Assembly (NCBI GenBank): GCA_947427625.1
Contig: CANEIR010000016.1
Location: 1-46,186 of the forward strand
Direction of reading: 5' to 3'
Origin: an uncultured Lachnospiraceae bacterium
Lineage (GTDB): Bacteria; Bacillota; Clostridia; Lachnospirales; Lachnospiraceae
Length of the DNA: 46,186 bases
Part shown: one piece after another, positions 27,673 to 36,582 of the stretch
Layout: every line of letters begins with the position of its first letter
How positions within the stretch are numbered: the first letter of the stretch is position 1
Notes under the pieces: model-generated
Told to the model about the DNA's origin: nothing
What the model saw: the letters and a program-made list of their open reading frames with translations, nothing else
The model's database searches: none
Made by a program: the position numbers and the translations under genes

Positions 27673-29160
27673 CTATTGCTGTCCTTTTCTCTTTTCACTG
27701 GCAGGAAGCGACACGCGAAATATTCTGCGCATCAGCTCGCGGAAATGAAACGGAACCAGCGGATAAATATAGCTTTTTCCCCCGATTGTCTTGTTGAAGC
27801 AAAGGCAGCAAAGCGCAAATAAAAGCCCTACGGCAAAGCCCCATATGCCAAACCATGCCGTTAAAAGCAATGTGATCAATCGCATAAACTTCAACGCATA
27901 GCCAAGCTCAAAATTTACCTGTGTGTAATTGGCTATTGCGACAAACGCCATATACATCATCGCTTCCGCATTAAACCAGCCGGAACTTACCGTGAACTCG
28001 CCAATTACAAGACCCGAAATAACACTGAGCGGCGTGCTTAACATATTTGGCGTATTGATGGATGCCAGCCTTAAACCATCAATGGTAAATTCCAAAATTA
28101 AAAACTGCCAGATCAGCGGAATATTCATTGTTTCTTTTACCGCGATAAATTCAAATCCTTTTGGCACATACTCAGGATACTCCGTTAAAAGAAGAAACAT
28201 CGGAGTTAAAACAATCGCCAAAATATTGATAATCAAGCGCGATAATCGAAGATATGTGCCTGTGATCGGCGGAAAATAATAGTCGTCGGCTTCCTCGACA
28301 ATATCAAAAACACTGGCTGGAAGTATCATCGCGGAAGGCGAGTTGTCAACAAGCAGCACAACGCTTCCCTCAAGGATACAGGCCGCCGCGGTGTCCGGCC
28401 GCTCCGAGTACTTAAATTTTGGGAACGGATCGATCCACTTTGCCGAAAACAAACATTCCGCAAGGCTTTGCTGATTCATCGTCAGCGCGTCAATGGAAAT
28501 ATCTTTAATTTTCTGTGTGACTGTCGCAAGAAATTTTTTATCCACTCTGTCTTCCATATAACAAACTGCAATATCTGTACGCGAACTTTTTCCGACCGAA
28601 AGCATCTCGATTGTAAACTGCGGTGTGCGGATACGCCGGCGAATCAATGCAGTGTTATATACAAGCGTCTCGACAAATCCATCCTTCGACCCGCGCATCG
28701 CTTTGTCCTTATCTGGTTCTGTAACGCTTCTCGCCGGATAATTTCGGAAATCAATTGTGACCGCAACGCCAAAGCCATCCACAATCAGCGCCGGCTTCCC
28801 GGAAAGTATTGCTCCGATCAGTTTTTCCATATCTCTGACAAGTTCCAATTCACCGTAAGGAAGATATTTTTGCAGCAGATCGTCAAATGTCTGCGGCGTA
28901 TCTTCCGCTTTTAACCCGCCAAAATACTGTAATAATTTTTGTAATGTATCATCTTTGTGAAAGCCGTCAATAAAGTAAAAACACGCTTGTTTTTCCCCAA
29001 TATAGAAAAAACGTTTCAGCAAATCAAAATTTTTGTCCACCTGCAAAATCCGGTCAAAAGTTCCCATATTGTCCGCAAGCCTGGTTGATAAAATCTTTCC
29101 CTTCAGCTCGTCAAGACTCTTTATTTCCGGTTCTTTCGCTTGTCCTTTCTCATCATTCAT
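27673..29160 (-). CDS. GerA-family spore germination protein (GerAA/SpoVAF-like), orphan.
   Basis: GerA family architecture: soluble N-terminal domain plus 4-5 C-terminal TM helices (...LTPMFLLLTEYPEY...FLILEFTIDGLRLA...). RBS GGAGA precedes the ATG at 29160. No gerAB/gerAC-type partners are adjacent. Confidence 0.75.
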   Translation of the reverse strand: MNDEKGQAKEPEIKSLDELKGKILSTRLADNMGTFDRILQVDKNFDLLKRFFYIGEKQACFYFIDGFHKDDTLQKLLQYFGGLKAEDTPQTFDDLLQKYLPYGELELVRDMEKLIGAILSGKPALIVDGFGVAVTIDFRNYPARSVTEPDKDKAMRGSKDGFVETLVYNTALIRRRIRTPQFTIEMLSVGKSSRTDIAVCYMEDRVDKKFLATVTQKIKDISIDALTMNQQSLAECLFSAKWIDPFPKFKYSERPDTAAACILEGSVVLLVDNSPSAMILPASVFDIVEEADDYYFPPITGTYLRLSRLIINILAIVLTPMFLLLTEYPEYVPKGFEFIAVKETMNIPLIWQFLILEFTIDGLRLASINTPNMLSTPLSVISGLVIGEFTVSSGWFNAEAMMYMAFVAIANYTQVNFELGYALKFMRLITLLLTAWFGIWGFAVGLLFALCCLCFNKTIGGKSYIYPLVPFHFRELMRRIFRVSLPASEKRKGQQ

Positions 29161-29521
29161 CTCAATCTCCATTCTGGAACGCTTATACGGCAGAACTGCC
29201 AAACAGAATTAAAACGTTCCCTGCAAATTTGTTTAAAAATATCAGTAATTAAAATTCCCTTAATTTCTGATGCTTTTATGTGTATGCGACAGTGTATTAA
29301 ACAATTTTATAGATACAATGCTGGATTGCAGCATACCGTTTGTGCTAGTATGTGCAGGATTATAGAAATTATTGCTTTTTCTTTTAAAGTCAGATATAAT
29401 GTATTGGACAAAAAACAACGAAAGGAGCCGGGCTTTCCCGGATACATAGATGAGTCTTATTTTATGTTCTGTCAAATCGCGTTTCCGGTCTGCCATGGCA
29501 TACTTTTTTGGTATTAACCAG

Positions 29522-30889
29522 ATGTTAAAACACACAGAATTGCTTGGTGCAGTACCGACAACCGCTGACGCTTACCGCACTTTTTTTAAAGTTGCATGGC
29601 CGTCCGCGCTGGAATCGCTGCTGGTCGGTCTTATCGGTTCTATCGATACGATGATGGTCGGCACGCTCGGCGAAAACGCGATCAATGCGGTCGGCATTAC
29701 AAATCAGCCAAAGTTTATTCTGCTCGCCATTATTTTTTCCCTAAATGTCGGTGTTACGGCAGTTGTCGCGCGGCGCAAAGGGCAGAACGACGCGGACGGC
29801 GCAAATCGTACTATGCGCGCTGCTATCCTGCTTTCCGCCGCATTTTCTCTCACTGCTTCCGCGCTCGGTTTTTTATTTGCAAGACCGATTCTTACTTTTG
29901 CAGGTGCAGACCCAATCTACTTGGACGACGCGGTTATCTATTTCCGTATTCTGTGCGTCAGCATTGTATTTACCGCGCTGAATCTTACCATCAACGCGGC
30001 ACAGCGCGGCTGCGGCAATACCAAAATTTCTATGCGCACGAATATTGTCGCCAATGTAGTCAATGTTATTTTTAACTATTTTCTGATTCGCGGGGTTTGG
30101 ATTTTCCCAAAGTGGGGTGTAAAGGGTGCAGCGGTCGCAACAGCCCTCGGTGCGTTTTTTGCCTGTATCATCTCAATTGCTACCTTGTTTTCCAAAAATG
30201 GTTATTTATCCCTTCTGCGCCGCACCAGCTGGAAGCTTGAACGCAGTTTGCTCTCCCCGGTCTTTAAAGTCAGCAGCAGCGCACTGATTGAACAAGTATT
30301 TATGCGAATCGGCTTTTTTGCTTATGCGAAAATTGTTGCAGGGCTTGGCCCAACCCCTTACGCAACACATTTAATCTGCATGAATATTTTAAATCTCTCG
30401 TTCTGCTTTGGCGATGGACTAAGTATTGCCGCTTCCGCGCTTGTCGGTCAAAACCTTGGCCGCCAGCGATCCGATTTATCGATTCTATACGGAAAAGTAG
30501 GGCAGCGGATTGCATTTATATGTTCCACATTTTTATTTATTCTATTTATCGCCGGGCGGCGAGAGCTTGTCTGGCTGTTTTCAAAAGAAGAAGAAATTAT
30601 CGTTCTCGGCGCATCCATTATGGTGATTATGGCGTTATCCACCCACTTTCAGACATCTCAGGTCGTGTTAAACGGCTGTCTGCGCGGTGCGGGTGATTCC
30701 GCTTTCGTCGCTGCCACCTCAATGATCAGCATTGCGGTTATCCGACCAATTTTAACTTATATTCTCTGCTACCCGGCTGGCTTTGGACTTGCCGGAGCAT
30801 GGATTTCGCTTGTGGTTGACCAGGGATTCCGCTTTGTCGCAGGTTTCTTTCGATTTAAGGGCGGAAAATGGACGAAGATTCGGTTGTAA
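29522..30889 (+). CDS. MATE-family efflux transporter.
   Basis: Twelve TM helices with MATE N-terminal pattern ...FFKVAWPSALESLLVGLIGSIDTMMVGTLGENA... The start is uncertain (ATGs at 29450, 29495 and 29522, none with a strong RBS). A sigma-A-like promoter TTGCTT-N17-TATAAT lies at ~29375-29400. Confidence 0.75.
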   Translation: MLKHTELLGAVPTTADAYRTFFKVAWPSALESLLVGLIGSIDTMMVGTLGENAINAVGITNQPKFILLAIIFSLNVGVTAVVARRKGQNDADGANRTMRAAILLSAAFSLTASALGFLFARPILTFAGADPIYLDDAVIYFRILCVSIVFTALNLTINAAQRGCGNTKISMRTNIVANVVNVIFNYFLIRGVWIFPKWGVKGAAVATALGAFFACIISIATLFSKNGYLSLLRRTSWKLERSLLSPVFKVSSSALIEQVFMRIGFFAYAKIVAGLGPTPYATHLICMNILNLSFCFGDGLSIAASALVGQNLGRQRSDLSILYGKVGQRIAFICSTFLFILFIAGRRELVWLFSKEEEIIVLGASIMVIMALSTHFQTSQVVLNGCLRGAGDSAFVAATSMISIAVIRPILTYILCYPAGFGLAGAWISLVVDQGFRFVAGFFRFKGGKWTKIRL

Positions 30890-30941
30890 AACTATGTTCA
30901 AACCATTTTTTATATAAAAATTTTATTTTACGGAGGTTTTT

Positions 30942-31967
30942 ATGCAGCAGTATATGGATTACATTATGGAACAGTTAAAAAATCTGCTTGCCATCGACAG
31001 TCCTTCTGGCTTTACAGAAAAGGTGACAGATTACCTGATGAAAGAGTACCAAAGCCTTGGCTACACCCCGGAAAAAACAAAAAAAGGCGGTGTGCTTGTC
31101 GATCTTGGCGGGCAGGGAAATGCGGTTCTTGTGATGGCGCACGTAGATACTTTAGGTGCGATGGTGGCTGAAGTAAAAGGAAACGGCAGATTGCGCATCA
31201 CATCCATCGGCGGGCTGAACGCCAACAATATAGAAACGGAAAACTGCCGTGTATACACGCATGATGGTCACTGCTATGAAGGCACAATTCAATTGCAGAA
31301 TGCTTCCATTCATGTCAATAGAGATTATCAGAAAAAAGAGCGCACATTCGATGATATTGAAGTGCTTTTAGATTATACGGCAGATTCCAAGGAAGCGGTC
31401 AAAAAGCTTGGAATTGAAAACGGTGCTTTTGTCTGTATTGAACCGCGCACTCGCATTACTGAATCCGGTTATATCAAAAGCCGCTTTCTCGATGACAAAC
31501 TTAGCACCGCTATTTTACTCGGTTATGCAAAATACTTAAAAGAGACGGGTTCCTGCCCTTCCCGCAAAATTTATCAGCATATTACTGTCTATGAGGAAAT
31601 TGGTCATGGCGGCTGCGCTTCTGTTCCCGCGGACGTGGAAGAATTGCTTTCTGTTGATATGGGCTGCGTCGGCGCAGGTTTAGAATGCACGGAAAAGCAG
31701 GTTTCTATCTGCGTAAAAGACAGCCGCGGACCATATCACTACCAGGTTGTACAGGGATTGATCGAGGCTGCCAAAAAAAATGAGATCAACTATGCCGCGG
31801 ACGTTTATCCATACTATGGCTCTGACGCCGACGCTGCTCTTGCCGCAGGCGCGGACGCAAGGCACGGTTTGATTGGTCCGGGCGTGTACGCCTCCCATGG
31901 CTATGAGCGCTCGCACAAGGAAGGTGTAGAAAACACGCTGCGTCTGTTAAAAGCATACCTTGGATAG
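30942..31967 (+). CDS. M42-family metallo-aminopeptidase (FrvX/YsdC-like).
   Basis: LLAIDSPSGFTEKVTDYL...AVLVMAHVDTLGAMV...FLDDKLSTAILL..GHGG. RBS GGAGG 7 nt upstream. Confidence 0.85.
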   Translation: MQQYMDYIMEQLKNLLAIDSPSGFTEKVTDYLMKEYQSLGYTPEKTKKGGVLVDLGGQGNAVLVMAHVDTLGAMVAEVKGNGRLRITSIGGLNANNIETENCRVYTHDGHCYEGTIQLQNASIHVNRDYQKKERTFDDIEVLLDYTADSKEAVKKLGIENGAFVCIEPRTRITESGYIKSRFLDDKLSTAILLGYAKYLKETGSCPSRKIYQHITVYEEIGHGGCASVPADVEELLSVDMGCVGAGLECTEKQVSICVKDSRGPYHYQVVQGLIEAAKKNEINYAADVYPYYGSDADAALAAGADARHGLIGPGVYASHGYERSHKEGVENTLRLLKAYLG

Positions 31968-31972
31968 TTCTG

Positions 31973-32515
31973 CTAAAACCATCCAAGCCCTTTTCCTGCC
32001 CAGTAGATCAGTCCAAGCAGCCAGCTGCACACAACACCATATAAAATTACTGGACCAGCAATGGTAAATATTTTACATCCCACGCCAAACACCCATCCCT
32101 CCTGCTTAAATTCAATTGCAGGTGAGGCAACCGAGTTGGCGAAGCCGGTGATTGGCACAACTGTGCCAGCACCGGCAAAACTTGCAAGACGCTGGTACCA
32201 GTTTAATCCTGTTGTCAGCACAGACAGAAAAATTAAACTTAGGGTTGTATAGGCTGCGGCGGTTTCTTTTTCACATCCAAGCGACTGATACAAATCTAAA
32301 AATCCCTGCCCAAGCACGCAGATCAGACCGCCGACCAAGTATGCCTTACATACATTGCCGATGTAGCTGCGCTTTGGCGTTGCTTTTTTTACATACTGAT
32401 TGTACAGTTTTTCCCGCTGTTTCGGGTCTTTTTCCTGAACTACTTCCTGAACGAGTTTTTTATCTTGCGGTTTCATATTCTGTTGTATTTCTTTCGCTTT
32501 TTCATCTGGATTCAT
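31973..32515 (-). CDS. spoVAC: Stage V sporulation protein AC (SpoVAC/SpoVAEB family membrane protein).
   Basis: The C-terminal ~120 aa are 4 TM helices: YIGNVCKAYLVGGLICVLGQG...GAGTVVPITGFANSVASPAIEFKQEGWVFGVGCKIFTIAGPVILYGV (SpoVAC/EB signature). A Lys-rich N-terminal extension precedes them. RBS AAAGGAGGGAG precedes the ATG at 32515. Confidence 0.7.
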   Translation of the reverse strand: MNPDEKAKEIQQNMKPQDKKLVQEVVQEKDPKQREKLYNQYVKKATPKRSYIGNVCKAYLVGGLICVLGQGFLDLYQSLGCEKETAAAYTTLSLIFLSVLTTGLNWYQRLASFAGAGTVVPITGFANSVASPAIEFKQEGWVFGVGCKIFTIAGPVILYGVVCSWLLGLIYWAGKGLGWF

Positions 32516-32753
32516 AAAGAGACTCCCTCCTTTTATTTTCGATAACAGGCAATTATAAAACTCGGAAAGCCACATAAATCCTGGCTTTTTTGAGATTTCT
32601 TTTTGCATCTTTCCTCACTAAAATTTAAACTTTTCTATTCATTTTACATAGATTTTTAGCTCAGATAATTTAATTCAGGCTTGTCATCACTCAATTTTCG
32701 AAAATATTACATACCTGCTTCTTGTTCTATCATCTTTTTGAGATCAATATATC

Positions 32754-33185
32754 TTATAAAAAAAAGTCCACAAATGCGCCTATAAACTTTCCAACAGAAA
32801 ATGCAATCACAAATGCAGCCAATCCGCGATGCAGCTTAATTCTTTTTGAAAAAATAGGAACCACATTCAAAAGCTCCGCAAGAGCGATCGCCAGACATCC
32901 TATATAGATTCCTGCAAAAAAACCAAAAAACGCCAACACAGGTTCGCTCATCCACCCAAAACCAATCACAGGTCTATAATGAATAAAAATATTTCCAATG
33001 GCTGCTCCGACAACAACACAATCCTCGTAAAGCATCGCATGCGCCATCGTCTTTGATACCGCCGCCATACGGCTTACAACGCCGATCATTGTAACAAACG
33101 CAAACATTCCTCCTGCGATCAGCAGCCCGCTGCAAATCCCAATAATGAAAAGGGCTGCATCCGCCATCCATTTAACCGGAAACAT
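32754..33185 (-). CDS. spoVAB: Stage V sporulation protein AB-like small membrane protein.
   Basis: ~140 aa with 4 TM helices. Its position between spoVAA-like and spoVAC-like genes matches the Bacillus spoVA operon order. Start is either 33185 (overlapping spoVAA) or 33167. Confidence 0.55.
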   Translation of the reverse strand: MFPVKWMADAALFIIGICSGLLIAGGMFAFVTMIGVVSRMAAVSKTMAHAMLYEDCVVVGAAIGNIFIHYRPVIGFGWMSEPVLAFFGFFAGIYIGCLAIALAELLNVVPIFSKRIKLHRGLAAFVIAFSVGKFIGAFVDFFL

Positions 33186-33807
33186 CGATTGTCTTGCCCT
33201 CCCTTGAAGCAGATTTTAAGATTGCCTCGTTGGAATCCTTTTCATATATTCGAAGCTGTACTTGCAGAGGAGTTGGGTCAGAACTCATTTTCAAATGAGA
33301 AAAATGATTGAAAAAGATAATAATTCCGGTTGGAAGTCCAATACAATACCCTAATTCCAGCAGTCCAGGTCCTTCTGTCTCGCTCCCCGCAATGATTTTC
33401 TCCAATCTTGCGAAAATTTCTGAGACGCTTGCATCCTGGTTAAAAGTCATAATCGTAAACGCTGACCCGATCGTTACCGCCAGACAGACAAATATAATTT
33501 TTAAAACATCTTTCCATTTTTCTTTTTTTTGCGGCGGCTGATATTCCACGATAAAATCAATTTCACCCTCGTTTACAATAAGATAATCAGGATGTTTCTT
33601 TTGTATAAATTCAATTACTTTCATAATTGAAAAAATATATTTTTGTTTCTGTTCATCCGGCACTACAAAAAGTACCTCACCGCCAAGTTCATGAAGTACT
33701 TTCTTGTCAGGTCCAGTCATTGTGACAACATCTTCCAAAAACACTTTTTTATTTTTTACAATTGTCGCCTGTTCTGCCTTAATATAAATTACGCGCTCTG
33801 CCGCCAT
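33172..33807 (-). CDS. spoVAA: Stage V sporulation protein AA-like.
   Basis: ~210 aa with a central TM segment (LKIIFVCLAVTIGSAFTIMTF) and soluble N-terminal domain. Size, topology and position are all consistent with SpoVAA. Confidence 0.55.
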   Translation of the reverse strand: MAAERVIYIKAEQATIVKNKKVFLEDVVTMTGPDKKVLHELGGEVLFVVPDEQKQKYIFSIMKVIEFIQKKHPDYLIVNEGEIDFIVEYQPPQKKEKWKDVLKIIFVCLAVTIGSAFTIMTFNQDASVSEIFARLEKIIAGSETEGPGLLELGYCIGLPTGIIIFFNHFSHLKMSSDPTPLQVQLRIYEKDSNEAILKSASREGKTIDVSG

Positions 33808-33980
33808 TCCACTACCTCTTCTTCAGGTTCTATTGCAAAGCCGTATTTGGTATCAAATATTTTTACAAATGTTCCCTCCGGTGCAGTCTTATCTTTCTTT
33901 TGAAAAAAGGAAAAATACAGCACTGCTGCAACAATTCCAAGCACCACACACACACCAGCAACCCAGATCGTTTTTCTCAT
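33789..33980 (-). CDS. Small (63 aa) membrane protein of unknown function, overlapping the spoVAA start.
   Basis: MRKTIWVAGVCVVLGIVAAVLYFSFFQKKDK... has a single TM helix. RBS GGAGGG is 7 nt upstream, and a TGTATAAT extended -10 lies ~80 nt upstream. Confidence 0.45.
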   Translation of the reverse strand: MRKTIWVAGVCVVLGIVAAVLYFSFFQKKDKTAPEGTFVKIFDTKYGFAIEPEEEVVEWRQSA

Positions 33981-34129
33981 ATAAATACCCTCCAATCATG
34001 GCTTATTTTTCAGAAAAGTTACACTCTAGGACTAGTTTTTCCAATGAGAAAAAAAATATTCGCGCGTGGATTTCTTTCCCTGTTTATGATAAGGATAGCA
34101 TTATACATTTTTTACATTTCTTTTTATTT

Positions 34130-34176
34130 ACAACAAAAAAACCGCCTCGCTGGAACAGTTTTTTGTTCCGCGTGCG
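34130..34176 (-). terminator. Rho-independent terminator after the RdgB-like gene.
   Basis: On the minus strand: CCGCACGCGGAACA-aaaaa-CTGTTCCAGCGAGGCGG followed by TTTTTTTGTTG. Confidence 0.6.
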
Positions 34177-34199
34177 GCAAAATAAAATAAAAAAACATA

Positions 34200-34811
34200 T
34201 TATCGCAAACTATTTTGACAGCGCTGAAAAAACTTTAAAAATCCGTCCTCCACCGCAACTTTATTTATTTTCTCCTCCTCGATATCATAATAATATTTTC
34301 CTGTTTTTAAATCGACGGAAAGGCTGTCCAGCGGAAATCCTTTTTTTCTTATTGTATGCGGTTTTGAAGTTAAAAGAAACCACTCGCTCGCCATATCTTC
34401 CTCCATCGCCTCATATATAAGTTCGTTGTTTATAACAAGACATATCGCATTTTGATACCTCGCCTTCAGCCCTCCATATTTGTCTGCCAATGCCGAATAA
34501 TGCGCCATCATTTCATCATCCGTCAAATATTTTCCGCCGACAGTCCTTACATGCACACCCGGCTGCTCCTGTTCTGGCACACCCTCAAAATACAGACCGG
34601 AATCACACGAAAAAACAGGAATATTCAACGCTTTATAATATTCTGTTGCCTTTTTTCTTGCATTCTCAAGAGGAGTTCTGCCATCCTCGACAATCTCCGG
34701 CAAATTTTCTTTCATATCTTTAAGACCAATCAATTCCACTCCAATCCCTTTCAATCGCCTGCTCATAGCAGCGAATTTTGCGGGATTTCCTGTACCAAAC
34801 AATACTTTCAT
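34200..34811 (-). CDS. Non-canonical purine NTP pyrophosphatase (RdgB/Ham1 family).
   Basis: MKVLFGTGNPAKFAAM...(Ham1 N-terminal TGNxxK motif). RBS AAGAGGA precedes the ATG at 34811. Confidence 0.75.
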   Translation of the reverse strand: MKVLFGTGNPAKFAAMSRRLKGIGVELIGLKDMKENLPEIVEDGRTPLENARKKATEYYKALNIPVFSCDSGLYFEGVPEQEQPGVHVRTVGGKYLTDDEMMAHYSALADKYGGLKARYQNAICLVINNELIYEAMEEDMASEWFLLTSKPHTIRKKGFPLDSLSVDLKTGKYYYDIEEEKINKVAVEDGFLKFFQRCQNSLR

Positions 34812-34979
34812 CAAGAATGTCCTCTTTAAATTATTTTTCTGCATCAATCAATAATATTTTATCCGCACAAGTTTACATATTTTTGATTTATATGTCTTTG
34901 TTTTAAAAAAACGGAAATGCTGCATTATAACCTTTTCAAAACTTATAAACGATTGTTTTATTTAAAAATTATAAAATAT

Positions 34980-35498
34980 TTATAACATCCAATCTGTGCC
35001 TTCTTCCATCCAAACCTCCGATTCATCATCTTTTCTCCATTCTACCTTCCTGCACTTAAAAACTCCTACTTTAAAATCTTCCTCGTTGAAATCTTCCACA
35101 TCCATAACGCGATATCCCGCAGCCAGCAGCCCTTCCGCAAATAGTCCTCCTCCTTCGACAATCTTTTCAGAAAACCCATCGTGGATGTTGTTCACTCCGC
35201 ACATTGAACTTTTGGACTGCAAAATAGCAAGATCAATATTTTCCTCCCTTGCGACTCCCACAGCCATATCTGCTGCAAACTGATAATCCATGCAGACGTC
35301 CTCGCCGTCGCTGTCCACTGGAAACATTTCCACAAATTCTACACGTTTTCTTGGAGTCGGCATACCTATAAGTACCTGGGGACATACTTTAATTACTTTA
35401 TGTCCCTCCATACAGCGCGCAACCACTTCATTATAGTTATTCCCGCCATCGTATCTGCAACAGTCGCCCAAAATACAAGCACTTACTAAAATTGTCAT
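34980..35498 (-). CDS. DUF523 (YbbK-like) family protein.
   Basis: MTILVSACILGDCCRYDGGNN matches the hallmark SACLLG..CRYDG start of DUF523. RBS GGGAG is 6 nt upstream. Confidence 0.75.
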   Translation of the reverse strand: MTILVSACILGDCCRYDGGNNYNEVVARCMEGHKVIKVCPQVLIGMPTPRKRVEFVEMFPVDSDGEDVCMDYQFAADMAVGVAREENIDLAILQSKSSMCGVNNIHDGFSEKIVEGGGLFAEGLLAAGYRVMDVEDFNEEDFKVGVFKCRKVEWRKDDESEVWMEEGTDWML

Positions 35499-35641
35499 GT
35501 TTTTCTCCCATTCCTTTTCACACGGCAAAAACAGTCCCTTTGTGAATCACAAAATTTCTTAGTATGTATGCTTCTGCCGTCCAAAAACTTTTCTCCCGCT
35601 TTTCACATTTTAAAGCTGCCCTTTTGATTTTGATTTAAGCC

Positions 35642-36220
35642 TTAAGCCTTTGTCCGCTCTTCTTTCTCACGCTCTATTTTTGCGCGCTTCATACATCGTT
35701 CCACAAACTCTGTTTTCGCTTTTGTGTATTTGTCGCGGTCGTACTCATATTTTTCCCAAAGCCGGAATTTCAGCCTTTCATACTCTCTTGCGGTTTCTTC
35801 GTGATTTCTCAAATAATCTCTAAAGTACAGCTCGTCATTGTCTCCTGCATATCTCAAATGCAGATGAAACACTCGCTCCGCAAACCCCTCCTCTGTATAG
35901 CCTTTGTTAAACGAAAGACGGCAGCCTTCTCCCCCCATAAAAAGATATCCTGTTTTCAGCAGTATCTTTTTCACTTCCTCAAAGTCGCTTCCCTCAGACA
36001 TTTCCACAAGAATATCAATGATCGGTTTCGCCCATATTGTTTCAATCGCAGTACTTCCAATATGGCTGATCTGCTTCACTTTTGTTTCCGACAACGCTTC
36101 TTTTAACACGCATGCTTCTTCTCTAAACCAATCTTCCCAGCACGCTTGATGTCCTGTCAAGAAAATCGGGAACAGCTGCCACAATTCTTCCAAGCTCATC
36201 TCCGAAAGCTTTTTTCCCAT
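35642..36220 (-). CDS. GrpB/UPF0157 family protein (nucleotidyltransferase-like fold).
   Basis: ...ISHIGSTAIETIWAKPIIDILVEM... core motif of GrpB. RBS GGAAGGATGG upstream. Confidence 0.7.
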   Translation of the reverse strand: MGKKLSEMSLEELWQLFPIFLTGHQACWEDWFREEACVLKEALSETKVKQISHIGSTAIETIWAKPIIDILVEMSEGSDFEEVKKILLKTGYLFMGGEGCRLSFNKGYTEEGFAERVFHLHLRYAGDNDELYFRDYLRNHEETAREYERLKFRLWEKYEYDRDKYTKAKTEFVERCMKRAKIEREKEERTKA

Positions 36221-36539
36221 CCCTTATTTCCATCCTTCCTGTCACCGAAAATATAAATAAATTTTATATTTCTTTTTTAATATAATTGTCAGAAACTACT
36301 TTTATTTGCTATAATACACCAAAAATATTTATTGCCAGCAATGCAACAGCTTTTTTCGCAATGGCATAACTTTATATCTTTGGTCTGTGTCAACCATTGT
36401 AACATTTTGGAAGTTGTTGTACAAGAGAAAAAATATAAAATCCATCAAGATGCGTCTGAAAAAGAAAATTAAAAAAAACTGTCTTGCACGGACAAAAATC
36501 AATTGATTTTCCTGAAAAAAAGAAAAATAAGTCGATCCT

Positions 36540-36582
36540 TCCCCTTCCGGCACACTCGAAAGCGTGCCGGAAAAGTTTGTTG
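36540..36582 (-). terminator. Stem-loop immediately after the rtcB stop; probable operon terminator.
   Basis: On the minus strand: CCGGCACGC-TTTCGA-GTGTGCCGG followed by AAGGGGAAGGATCGACTTATTTTTCTTTTTTT. The U-run is displaced by ~20 nt. Confidence 0.45.

Noticed and set aside
31951-31990. Hairpin TTGGAT...ATCCAA spanning the convergent ends of the M42 peptidase and spoVAC genes.
   Set aside because: It lies within the coding termini and lacks U-runs. It is probably coincidental, or at most a weak bidirectional pause site.
36329-36553. 74-aa minus-strand ORF in the rtcB-grpB intergenic region.
   Set aside because: It has a Phe/Leu-rich low-complexity translation of AT-rich DNA and no RBS. 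The region is more likely regulatory or non-coding (see finding 2).
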